DNA of 59,120 nucleotides, filler included. It is 8 parts of 8 records of this genome, joined end to end, with 100 filler letters (N's around TTAATTAATTAA, not from the genome) between each part and the next. Parts side by side here need not be neighbours in the genome. Positions count along the whole stretch, not along the records: positions 5,461 to 18,360 come from SRR31147125_168015; positions 18,461 to 26,285 come from SRR31147125_168502; 6 more parts are not named here. One strand, given 5' to 3'. The first letter of the stretch is position 1; every line of letters starts with the position of its first letter. The notes under the pieces were generated by a model, which saw only the letters and a list, made by a program, of their open reading frames with translations, ran no database searches and was not told the origin of the DNA. This document shows, piece after piece, positions 11,632 through 21,611 of the stretch. Made by a program: the position numbers and the translations under genes.

Positions 11632-13982
11632 TTACATGGGCGTGTCACGTGCGAGTGAACATCCGAAGGACATAGGATGACAATTGAGGGTGCGTAGATT
11701 CACAAGGACAATTGTGCCTTGCATGGCTCTCGTGTCAGATGAAATGGGAATGGGGAGAAGAATCGCACCACTTTGAGCAAACGATGGTAAGGAAAGAAGT
11801 CGGATCTGTTGTCCTTGCCGTCCTGAAGTGCATGCATGGATTGGGGGGAAACAGAAGCAGAAGGAAGAAAAAAAGCAATCGGATACCTTCTACCGTGCGT
11901 GTCATGTACGCGCTCTGGTTCCCTACAAAGTAAACATGGGGACATGTGTGAATAATGAAGGGATCTTGGTCGTGGAAGGGGTAGCAAGCTGTTAGAGAGG
12001 CGTGAGTTGTCCGTCGATGCATGGAGACCGCCCATTTTTATCACCCAAGGTATCCGGAGCCGTGGGTGAGAGGTGACGCCATCGTAATGTCGACTCCATC
12101 ACATCCAAGATAGAATCACTCTTGACCACGCGAAGAAGATCATCGATCGGTTGTCCTGAGGTACCGAGGAACCTTGTTGGAGGGAATATCACATGAAATG
12201 CCATACGGAGCGGTAGAGGTGGATCGTCCCACCTCACACCACCAATGGAACATTCAAACGGATTTGTTGTGGAACTGAATGTTGCGTATTGACCCACCGA
12301 GGGAAGAAGACACGGTTGCATGGGCTGTGTGAAGGAGCGCTAAGGACGAGGAGAGAGGAAAAGGGGGATTTCGTACAAACTTGTTGAGGAAGTGCAAAGT
12401 TTGTGGGATCAGTGCCTCCCGGCATGAGATCCACAGGAACAGAGGCGGCCACTTGCGTCAGAAGCTATTTCCCCCATAAGGGATCATCACCCCCAACCGC
12501 TTCCCAACTTCTTCATAATCCCACGCACCAGGTCCAACTCACGGATGGGACCGGTGAGTTCAATGGGTTGTCGCGTTCCAGGAGCCTTGGCACCATCATG
12601 CCTCATGCAATGGTCCCCCCACATCTCCGAGCACGACACACGTACATGCAACAACTGGAACCCTTCCATGTGTTCCGGATCAAACGCCGTCACCGAGTTC
12701 CCTGCAATGATTACTCGTACAATTCGCGACTCGAATTCTTGTTCCTTAAGGAGCCACGTGTGTTGGAGTCCGCGACGTACAACCCCGAGATCCCAATGTA
12801 CCCGATCGCTTCCGAGATGTCCACTCAAGTAGTCTGCCAACAACTGAAGAGCAACGGGATTGTTTCTGCACAACGTGTGAGAAGGCAACAACAGCAGAAG
12901 GGAATTCACACACTCTGGTTGTCCATAGACGAGCCCAGACAGCAGTGCAACATAGCAATCGTCCTCTCCTGTCCCAATCACGTCATGAGGAGGGCCATGG
13001 ACAGAGAGTCAGATCAACATACGTGCGGGAAAGGGTGGTTGCACGGGAAGATCAGGGAAGCATAGATCTTCAACTGCGAAGTCACCACCAGATTGAAGAG
13101 TCCCCAGAAGCGCCACTACGACACCTGGGGGTACATCAGACTTCAAACTCCATTGTACACAAAGAATCACGCACCCGTAGCCAGGCACTCGACATCAAGC
13201 ATGCTGTCTGTCCCTTCTCCCGTTGCAGCTGTCAGTCGGCATCGTCCCGTCTCATCTTCCAACACAAGTGTGTCGGAATCACTAACAAAGCTAGAGAGCC
13301 GATCTTTCACGCGTGTACGCTGATCTCGTACTGTAAAACGACCAACCACAACACAACCAATCCATCACACACACCTCCTTTGCAAATTCGTCTAGGACGC
13401 TTGGTTTCAGTGCCATTTCCTTGTATAATGTGCCGATCACAACCGAGCGAACACCCTCTTCCAGACGAAGGATGTGTTCCACAAGACACACCCCACCTGC
13501 GACCGTCCTCAATCGTGGCACCGCATTATCACCAGAACGACGCACGAGAAGAGCATCCCCAATGACCTTGTACGACATCACGCAGAATCATACGAAGATC
13601 ATTCAAGCGTGTGTAGTAGATGTGGGAGTACTGTGTGTGTGTGTGTGTGGAATGGCGGGAAACACGCATGAGAACCTATGGGTCAAAGAGTGTCTCGGGG
13701 GAGAAGAGCGCACCTGCTTGTCAAAGGTTCGCTTTCCGAGTCGCCAGCGACGAGATGGTTCGGCGTCATAGGGAGCCGTGTGTCGCGGGAACCGTTTCTC
13801 TTTGTCGTGAATGTCATCCTCTGATGTCCCATCTCCTCCTCTGGCGCTGTGCGTGTGAGAGAGGTCTTCCACACCCAACCCCAAAGCACATCCTCCCCAT
13901 CCACACACCTAGCGGTACATGAAATGACTTCATCACATCCTCCATTGGCAAAGAGAGATGACGCATGCGACCCTGTCTCCAT
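11632..13982 (-). CDS. POLD2: DNA polymerase delta small subunit (multi-exon)
   Basis: VIGTLYKEMALKPSVLDE, LVLEDETGR, RVIIAGNS, VDLMPGGTDPTNFALPQQP, FLGTSGQPIDD, LRWRHLSPTAPDTL, CYPFHDQDPFII..CPHVYFVGNQ. Confidence 0.93.
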
Positions 13983-14045
13983 GGTGAAGGGGGAAGAGAG
14001 GAGATCTGTTTCCTCTGTTTCCTCTGTTTCCCCTTCCCTCCCGCC

Positions 14046-14400
14046 ATGGAGAGCCCTAGACGCATCTCTCGCACGCTCTATCGCTCTCTTCTTCGAACAG
14101 CTGTCTCCTTTCCTGAACATAATCTTAGGAGAAAACTCGCCAACAACGTCAGGGAAGTGTTTGCCTTTCATCGAGACGAGAAGGATCCCATACGCATTGC
14201 CTACCTCCAGCATCAGGTGGGGAGGAGGGAAGAGGAGAAGGATCGTGCACAAGACGTAAGACGACGGTCTTAAGGGATCGAATGTCCTGCGGGTGCTACG
14301 ACGCCTCGCATCTCTTGACAAGCAAACGTTCAATTTGCTCTTTTCTCGGTGTGGACCTCCACCTCAACCCCATGAACAAGGAGACGGGGCTACACAATGA
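14046..14400 (+). CDS. LYR-motif (Complex1_LYR, Isd11-like) small mitochondrial protein, one intron (14217-14274)
   Basis: MESPRRISRTLYRSLLRTAVSFPEHNLRRKLANNVREVFAFHRDEKDP...|GSNVLRVLRRL: LYR tripeptide plus the conserved downstream Phe. Confidence 0.75.
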
Positions 14401-14404
14401 ATCT

Positions 14405-16120
14405 CTACGAAGGGACGCTACGCCGCAAGGCTGGTACCATACCCACAAACGGCTTCTGGCAAACGGGGCAGAGCGAGACGTGGATGGCATGATAGATCTC
14501 CGCGCATTCCGTGCACAAACACACGTGAGGCTCTGAGGACGCTCGATCAACGGCACGACACCACGACACACCATCCCGACGCACCACTTTGTTCATGGAC
14601 CAATAAAACATTCGTAGGACGGGATTGACACACCACACACATGCCTAATGGTGCACGTGGGGCATTGGAAAGGCATGATGGTCCTGAATTCTCATTTTCC
14701 GTTGGACACTACAGCAATAGAATGGGGTCATTCTATCCACGCGCACACGTGGCGTTACCTCAGAGGTTGGCGACTCGCTTGAAGATGGGGAATCTGGTGG
14801 AAGTGTCTTTGTTTCTGGAGTGGTTGCTATCTCGGCAACAATCGAATCCCAAAAACCTTCAGCCCTAGGGTGGTTCAATGGATGGCGTTCTCTGGGATAG
14901 TGAAGGGTTAGGGAGTCGGTTTCCATGAACTCCTTAAGGGTCATTCGAGCTTTGGTCTGCGGCATCGAAACTGAGGTACAGAACAGGTAGGACAATGACA
15001 GCAAATCTCAAACCTTTTTCTCTTTCTTGCTCTTCTTCTTTGTTGACGCATTCGAAGCGAACATTTGATCCAAGGGGGAATCGTCCTCGATGGATGTGGG
15101 CGTCAACGGGATCATCTCGCGTGGAAGGGGTGGAATGTTCAATTCCTGTCGGGAGGGGACATCCTCCCTGTTGTGATGAATGTGATGGTCTGAGGGACTC
15201 TCTTGACAGTCTGGAGGTGTCTCCTTTCCCCTGTACGTGGGAGGAGAAGACAATTCCTTCGTCTTTCCTTTTTTCGTCTTGTTCTTTGTCGAAATCGAAG
15301 CAGATTCCAGACTTGAAGATTGCATCCGGACTGTGAGGGCTGAAAGTTTCGTCTTGTTAAGAACCCAATCATGCTTCTTGTTGTGTTCTCTGTTGCCACG
15401 CATCAGAGAAAACTCGACACACACACACGCGCAACGGTAAAGCCCACCCATGTTCATGAATGCTAATACACTTGATGAATCCTGTGCAGTCGGGCGTCAA
15501 ACAGCGTTCTCCCTCGTCCAATGCAAGCCGACGGGACAATGCCCTCCAACACGACTGTACACATCCAGGGGATTCCTGAGGCGTACCACGGCACAAAGAA
15601 GGGCCATCTTACCTGATGATACGTGATCGTGCACTTCTCTGAGCAACTCACTACAACCCACTTCCCCTTCTGTATAATAACTGCTCCGTTTTCGTGACAA
15701 TCAACACGACGACAGATTCCCACGACTCTTTGTTCATCCTCTGGCTGATTCTCTTGTTTTTCGTCGCCTTCCTTCTTCTTCTGTTCAATCAATGTTTTCA
15801 CGACCTCGGGAACCTTCCTCACAAAGCAGAATGAAAAAGACCCATCTCTTCCATTGCCTTTGGAACATACCACTGGGGGTTCCTGGGCTTGTCGCATCTC
15901 CTGTGCCCTTCTCTGTCTTTCTTCCCGTCGTTCCTCTCTGAGAACAGTGTCGCTATGGGCAGAGGGATGGATATTCCAAATCTGTACCTCAATTTCTTCG
16001 CTTCCCTCTGGCGAGCGAGACGCTGCAAGGTTGCCTCGCGTTTTGCCTCATATGCTTCCAAATTACGAATTTGATTGGGTACGGGCCTACATGCGTCAGA
16101 GAGCGAGGAAGTGAGGGGGG
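14405..16120 (-). CDS. Multi-exon RING-finger protein, putative E3 ligase (start uncertain)
   Basis: C-terminal CVWC...HVCLCTEC...CPVC; internal CSEKCTITYH...CW...CLTPDCTGFI Cys/His motif. Confidence 0.6.
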
Positions 16121-16183
16121 AAATCCTATTATCCACAAAATCGCACTTTGCATCCTCGACAGCGGGTGGCTCCAGGCCCGTTG

Positions 16184-18114
16184 TTAAATGTAACGACCTT
16201 GGAATTGCACCGGGAGGAGGGGATGAACCACCTGACAAAGTGGGTGCGTGAGAAGTGGTGATTCTGTGCCGCCTGGTTCCACACCAAGCCTAATGCAAAT
16301 GATCTCCCCGGACCCGTCATTCACTACTACGACCTGCTCCTCTACCACTCGCTCAAGCGTTTCGCCCGGTGTATCGAAAACGCTCCACCGCAGCATCCCC
16401 GTGGACAAAATAACGCCCCCGTAAACTTCATGAACGTATCCAATGAGAATTCTTATTATTCGGCTGGACGTCTTTTGATACATGCTTTGCCCACATCACA
16501 CCATTGGGATACATACGGAACAAGAGATGTCTTGCCCTTCATCCATTGTTTCCTTCCCAGAGCGTAATTCCACTGACGACCGCCCCGTTGTGTCAGCTGT
16601 ATACAGGATATACAACGCGCGTACATGTCTGTCTGGATCATCGAAGTTGCCTTTTGCATTCTTTTTTATGTGACCGTAGTCGTGACGTTGATGGATCGCT
16701 GTCAGTGTCTTGCCTAAGTGAACAACACAAAGGAATGAGACAGTCCATCTTATCGTCTGAACACATGAAGACGCACTAGCATCAACCGTGGTGATGTTCA
16801 ACGTGTACCACGCCTGGTGTAAGAGCTGTTGCGTAACGAGAATGATGAGTTTTTCACACGAGATGGATCGTCCCAACAACGACGAACCCAGTTATCGTAT
16901 GCGGGACGACCAATGGCAAATGGGAGTACAATCTCGGTGAACAGACCCACTGTGTGCAGAAAATAGTCTTGACCCCATCCTGTGAAGCGCTGCAGGTGAA
17001 AATGAGACGGACTGCTTAGCTTCCACATCCCACACGTACATGTCCTACGGCGCGGATGTTGGTCAATAGGTTCGCTTCCCAATTCTGACGGGAAAAATTG
17101 ATACGGGGCTGTGATAGGTACATCAGATTCGTGATCCTCTTCGCTTTGCTCCCTTACACACAGATATGTCGAGGTTGGTCCTACGTCCAACAATAAGAAA
17201 CGGAGAAGGTGAAAATCGCTGTACAGTGGCCTGCAGAGCAATGAACGCCTGGGGACAAAATACCCATATCAGGTTCCTTACGTTGAGAGTTGTGATGAAA
17301 TCCGATGTAAAAATGATATCGGAGTTGGCAAAACAGATCAATGTGGTATTGGCCACAGCCTCGCCGTATTTGAGAATAAAATCAAGTGTAGGAGTGCCAC
17401 GAGGCGTACGTGCTGTTGGTGAACGAACATTCAAAGACATGCGGGAGGTTCGTACACCCCAAGGAATGCCTAACGCACCAATGTTTGGTACATGCAACGC
17501 CCCTATTGCTTGTGCGACCTCTTCAATTCCAGGCTCATCCCCAAAGATAATAATATCTGGCTTAGGACGCAGCATCGACCATGACCGAAGGGCTGACGAC
17601 GAGAGTGTGTGAGGGAACACCCCCAAGATACCACCAGCAACCATTTAGTTGCGCGCGAGCCACTTGAGGATTGATATCAAATCGTTTAGGTACACCCAGA
17701 AACGTCACTCGCAGTGTTTCGGGCTGTAGACGCGTGTAAGGAACACTTCCTTCCATACGCGATACCCAGCCTTACATTGAACTCCTTGTTGGGATTCGCA
17801 GGATCAAAGGAGGGGATAGGTACGGGAGATGGCCACTTGGGCCGTTGTTGAAGGTTTAGTGGGGGTGAGGGTGCCACGGGTGCCGTGGGTGCCGTGGGTG
17901 CCATGGATGCCATGGGTGCCAACACCTGTTGTGGGATGTCATCTTCGCTTTGTTTGTCCTCTGAAGGGTACGACTTGTGCACTTGCACCGTCCGTCCGTC
18001 CGTCAGCTCAGTGGTGGCACAAGAGGACAACGCACCATTTAACAACACTTCCCCACCCAAAATACAAAGTAGGCCTAGTAAGAGGAGGGCTTGCGACCAC
18101 CGCACGCGCCTCAT
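16184..18114 (-). CDS. Type II membrane GT-A-fold glycosyltransferase-like protein (multi-exon; ends approximate)
   Basis: N-terminal TM helix, Pro/Ala stem, then ALRSWSMLRPKPDIIIFGDEPG, GTPTL, FANSDII, FLIVGRRTN, FAIGRPAYDNW, AIHQRH. Confidence 0.65.
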
Positions 18115-18652
18115 CGCGGCAGGGAGGGAATTACACACGAGAAGGCCTCTTGCCCTCTCCATTCTTCCCCCGCTTTCCACCAGCCGATGGGGGGTGTGGG
18201 GCACGTTCGTGGTGCTAGTCCTCTGCACGTGGAGTCTTCGCGCAGTTCACATCCGGGATGATGTCACAGAACCCGACACCACAGCGTCCCGACAGGTGGA
18301 TACCCCTCTTGATCCTGTGGAGGAACTCATTGCAGTACGTACAAGGGCCAGAGAGAGGACNNNNNNNNNNNNNNNNNNNNNNNNNNNNNNNNNNNNNNNN
18401 NNNNTTAATTAATTAANNNNNNNNNNNNNNNNNNNNNNNNNNNNNNNNNNNNNNNNNNNNTTATTTGCTCAAAATCCGGACTATTTTGCCATTCCCGTGT
18501 AAAAAATAAAATTCCCTGTCAAAAAGCCCATATTCCCACCCAAATGGGCCCCAAAAAGGGTCCGGTTTCCCCCTGTCTCCCCCGGGAAAGGGGAGATCCC
18601 TAAATTGATCTGCCTAACCGAAAAGAAAGATCCGGACGGTTTTAACTGAATC

Positions 18653-18680
18653 AGGGGCGGTGCCCGTCGGAACCGCCCCT
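18653..18680. terminator. Hairpin downstream of the PEP-CTERM gene cluster
   Basis: AGGGGCGGT (18653-61) pairs with ACCGCCCCT (18672-80), 39 nt after the stop at 18719. Confidence 0.6.
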
Positions 18681-18718
18681 TTGAACATCAAGGCCCCAGA
18701 ATTTTGGGGCCTGTGCCC

Positions 18719-19357
18719 TTATGGTTGTCTTCTCACACCGGCAAGGCCCAAAAGCCCCGTCCCCATCAGCCATACCGTACCTGGAACCGGGACCGGCGAT
18801 CCCATATCCCCTGCGATGATGGCCTTGCCCACCTCGGTTTCCCAGGCCATATCATAAAGGGTGATATATATATTGTCCGGATTGACCCGGGCCCGGATCC
18901 AGCCGTAATAAAAGGCATCATCGCCGTCCATGAACCGGAAGCCCAGATAGGCGGCATCGCCTTGGTCCATATTGTCCCAATTGCCCCATTTAACATAGGC
19001 AGCGTCCCAGTCATCCCAGTATTCGCTGAGCATGGTGGTATCATTTTTAAAGGTCAATGCGCTGTTGATCGTCTCACCTGCAGCCATTTTCAGGGCCAGG
19101 GCACCGGAGGCGGCAAACCCGTTTGCATCATTCCCGCCAAAGGGAATGGCCGCACTGGCTGTGGTGGAATCGTCCCAGTCCTCGTAGCTCCAGACCACAC
19201 CCAGATCAGCACTGCCGTTGCCGTCAATGTCCCAGTATTCTGAGCTGTGTGTGGTGAATGCATTAAGGTCGGTATAGACCACCTGTGCAGACGCCAAACC
19301 GGGAAAGAGCCCTAAAAAAAACGCCCATGCCAATAAGAATTTCATCATTTTTCTCAT
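18719..19357 (-). CDS. PEP-CTERM/VPLPA-CTERM exosortase-sorted surface protein
   Basis: Signal peptide; YLGFRF...YYGWIR beta domain; C-terminal VPVPGTVWLMGTGLLGLAGVRR. Confidence 0.85.
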   Translation of the reverse strand: MRKMMKFLLAWAFFLGLFPGLASAQVVYTDLNAFTTHSSEYWDIDGNGSADLGVVWSYEDWDDSTTASAAIPFGGNDANGFAASGALALKMAAGETINSALTFKNDTTMLSEYWDDWDAAYVKWGNWDNMDQGDAAYLGFRFMDGDDAFYYGWIRARVNPDNIYITLYDMAWETEVGKAIIAGDMGSPVPVPGTVWLMGTGLLGLAGVRRQP

Positions 19358-19376
19358 CTCGGTCTCCGTATCCATA

Positions 19377-20249
19377 TCAAGTTCTGTTTTCAGACCGCCC
19401 TGCCCTCCGGGTGAAACCGCCAAGGGCCAGGATGCCCGAGAACAACAGCACCGAGGCAGAGGGAAGGGGTACGGCAGATACAGGCGCGGCAACAGGTGAT
19501 GCCGGGGCCTGTTTATGGTTCATATATGCCTGTGTCCCAGGTCCTTCAAAATTTTCCATTTCCAGGCCTCCGGCAGCCACAGACCATCCCACCCAGGAAC
19601 CGTTTTTCAGTTCCAGGCTGGTAATGCCGCTCCCGGAAAAATCCCACTCACCGTGATGGCCTCCGAAAAATCCCTCCTTAGTAAAATAGGTGTCCGGTCC
19701 CCGGTCCGGGGCAGCGTCAAAACCGCCATTACCGCCCTGTTCGTGCCACAGCTCCCAATTGGGGCCGAACCATCCCCCCCAATAGAGATCTCCGGAATCC
19801 GTGGGCTTGAAATTATCACCATCGCCATAGGCCCGATCCGCCAGAAGACCGCCTGTAAAATCCCCTGCTGTATAGGTGATCGACCCGTTGCTCAGCCCGA
19901 ACTGGCCGTCCCGGTCATAATCATACCCGATTCCGAAGACGGCCATGCCCAAACCGGGCTGCCCTCCGGCAAATACGTAAAGATTGGGATCGGCGGCTGC
20001 CAGGGCCTGGAGCATATCTTCGGCCGTGGCATTACCGTCAAACCGATAGCCCCAGGCATAGGAAACCTCGGCCACCGGAGCAGGCATGGATGTCTTATTG
20101 AACACTTCGGGGGCGGACCAGTGCACCACCAGGCCGGCCTGGGAGCCCCCGCTGCCGGCCCACAAATCTATATCGTTAAACGTAAATGCCTGGGCAGGCA
20201 GAGCGCCCATGATTATTGCCAGAACCATCAGACTGTAAAATTTAATCAT
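19377..20249 (-). CDS. PEP-CTERM/VPLPA-CTERM surface protein (W-x-G-x-G...WGYRFDG domain)
   Basis: Signal peptide ...LPAQA; IDLWAGSGGSQAGLVVHW...YAWGYRFDGNATAEDMLQALAAADPNL; C-terminal VPLPSASVLLFSGILALGGFTRR. Confidence 0.85.
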   Translation of the reverse strand: MIKFYSLMVLAIIMGALPAQAFTFNDIDLWAGSGGSQAGLVVHWSAPEVFNKTSMPAPVAEVSYAWGYRFDGNATAEDMLQALAAADPNLYVFAGGQPGLGMAVFGIGYDYDRDGQFGLSNGSITYTAGDFTGGLLADRAYGDGDNFKPTDSGDLYWGGWFGPNWELWHEQGGNGGFDAAPDRGPDTYFTKEGFFGGHHGEWDFSGSGITSLELKNGSWVGWSVAAGGLEMENFEGPGTQAYMNHKQAPASPVAAPVSAVPLPSASVLLFSGILALGGFTRRAGRSENRT

Positions 20250-20375
20250 TCTCACAATTTCACCTTTTTTTATCATCGGATAAAACCGGCGGCCGCGCCA
20301 TGGAGGCAGGAATCGGCCACCGGTATAAACCATTTTTCATGGGGCACAAGCCCCCCTGCCTATCACGGATCCAGG

Positions 20376-21218
20376 CTATCCTTTTTTCCGCCGGGTCATG
20401 CCGGCCAGGCCCAGAAGACCGGACCCCAGGAGCCAGATGGCTGTGGGAACCGGAACCGGAGCCGCGCCATTGAGATCGTCCATGACGAAATATGCGGGGG
20501 TGTTCATGCCCCAGGCACCTACATCAGAAGAACTGAGGGCAAACTCCAGGCCAATCACATTGCCCAGTCCGGAAAGGTCCAGCCAGGTCCAGTCTTTGAC
20601 AATATAGTCCTGGGCATTATCGGCAAACCTGTAATCGGCCAGGAAAAATTCCACGGTATCAGCCGTATAATCGCCTGTGTCAGTGATCCCTTTAACACTC
20701 AGTTTAAACCAATCCGCATCATTGCCGGTCTCTCCACCGAACTTTTTGGCAAAAGAGTCCCCCACCGCCATGGACAGGGCGGCATAGGTGGTGTTGGTCA
20801 CGTACATTCCGGAAATGGTGGTGTTGTAATCCTCCCCGGTATTGGCGCCAAAACTGACGGTGGGTCCGGATTCACCCCCATATGTACTATAGTAGGCCAC
20901 CCCGTAATTGCCAGAGCCGTTGACGCCGCTGCCGGTGATGGCGGAGTACTGATTGGCCATTCCGGGTGTGACGGTATCCGTGGTATTGGAATAGCCAAAC
21001 CCGGTCCAGCTTCCGTAGGCAGCAGTATAATTGTTTATAAACATAGCATCCCCGCTGGTAAAAAAACCGGAGCCGTCACTGCCGTTATAATATGCGCCGC
21101 CGCCGGGCCCGGAGTAGGACGTGGGCGGCACCAATGCCTCAAAATCCGCGGTTGCAGCCCAGGCGCTGGCCGAAAAGACTAACAGAAAACCCAAAATCAA
21201 CAAAAAGCGTTTGTTCAT
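20376..21218 (-). CDS. DUF4465-domain PEP-CTERM surface protein
   Basis: WTGFGYSNTTD, NQYSAITGSG, GMYVTNTTYA, GDSFAKKFG, DWFKL, FFLADYRF, WTWLDLSGLG, SSDVGAWGMNTPAYF; VPVPTAIWLLGSGLLGLAGMTRRKK. Confidence 0.88.
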   Translation of the reverse strand: MNKRFLLILGFLLVFSASAWAATADFEALVPPTSYSGPGGGAYYNGSDGSGFFTSGDAMFINNYTAAYGSWTGFGYSNTTDTVTPGMANQYSAITGSGVNGSGNYGVAYYSTYGGESGPTVSFGANTGEDYNTTISGMYVTNTTYAALSMAVGDSFAKKFGGETGNDADWFKLSVKGITDTGDYTADTVEFFLADYRFADNAQDYIVKDWTWLDLSGLGNVIGLEFALSSSDVGAWGMNTPAYFVMDDLNGAAPVPVPTAIWLLGSGLLGLAGMTRRKKG

Positions 21219-21254
21219 GATTCCTCCGTTCTGTACATAGATGTGTGTTTTAAT

Positions 21255-21340
21255 TCAGGCAACCCGGCGGTCTTGGGAGAAGAAGAGATAAGATCCGTGG
21301 TTTTCCGGCCCCGCCTCTCAACGGGTGTGGCTTTTTCTTA
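21255..21340 (-). ncRNA. c-di-GMP-I (GEMM) riboswitch upstream of the three-gene PEP-CTERM cluster
   Basis: Minus strand GCCACACCCGTT-GAGA-GGCGGGGCCGGAAAACCACGG...CCGCCGGGTTGCC: GNRA-capped P2, GGAAA junction, P3 and GGGTTGCC end. Confidence 0.85.
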
Positions 21341-21611
21341 TGGCTCAGTTACAGACCATACCCCCTATTTTGTTTAAATGCTGGTATTTATTTGCCCAAT
21401 ATCTGGATTCTTTTGCCATACCTAAAAAAACCATTCCGGATGGCAAAAAAAGTCAAGAAAGGCAAAAAAGATCAAGGTTATCACCTTGCCTTTTGGGGGG
21501 TGAAATGATCTTATCATCCCACCTGTGACCCAGAAATCGAAAACGGGATAAACGGCCCCCTGAATCCAACTTCCATACGGGCATCTGCCGTATCCCCCCA
21601 AGGAGAATGAT

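Noticed and set aside
5361-18460. Eukaryotic genes next to bacterial genes as horizontal transfer or endosymbiont integration
   Set aside because: They are separated by artificial linkers, so there is no physical linkage.
18461-18650. Possible CRISPR leader or structured RNA at the contig edge
   Set aside because: It has homopolymer-rich DNA and small hairpins, but no repeats, cas genes or recognisable RNA motif.
19515-21182. 555-aa plus-strand ORF and other long antisense ORFs (440-1105, 21453-22793, 7699-8559, 56980-57693)
   Set aside because: They are shadow frames opposite well-supported genes in GC-rich DNA and have no recognisable motifs.
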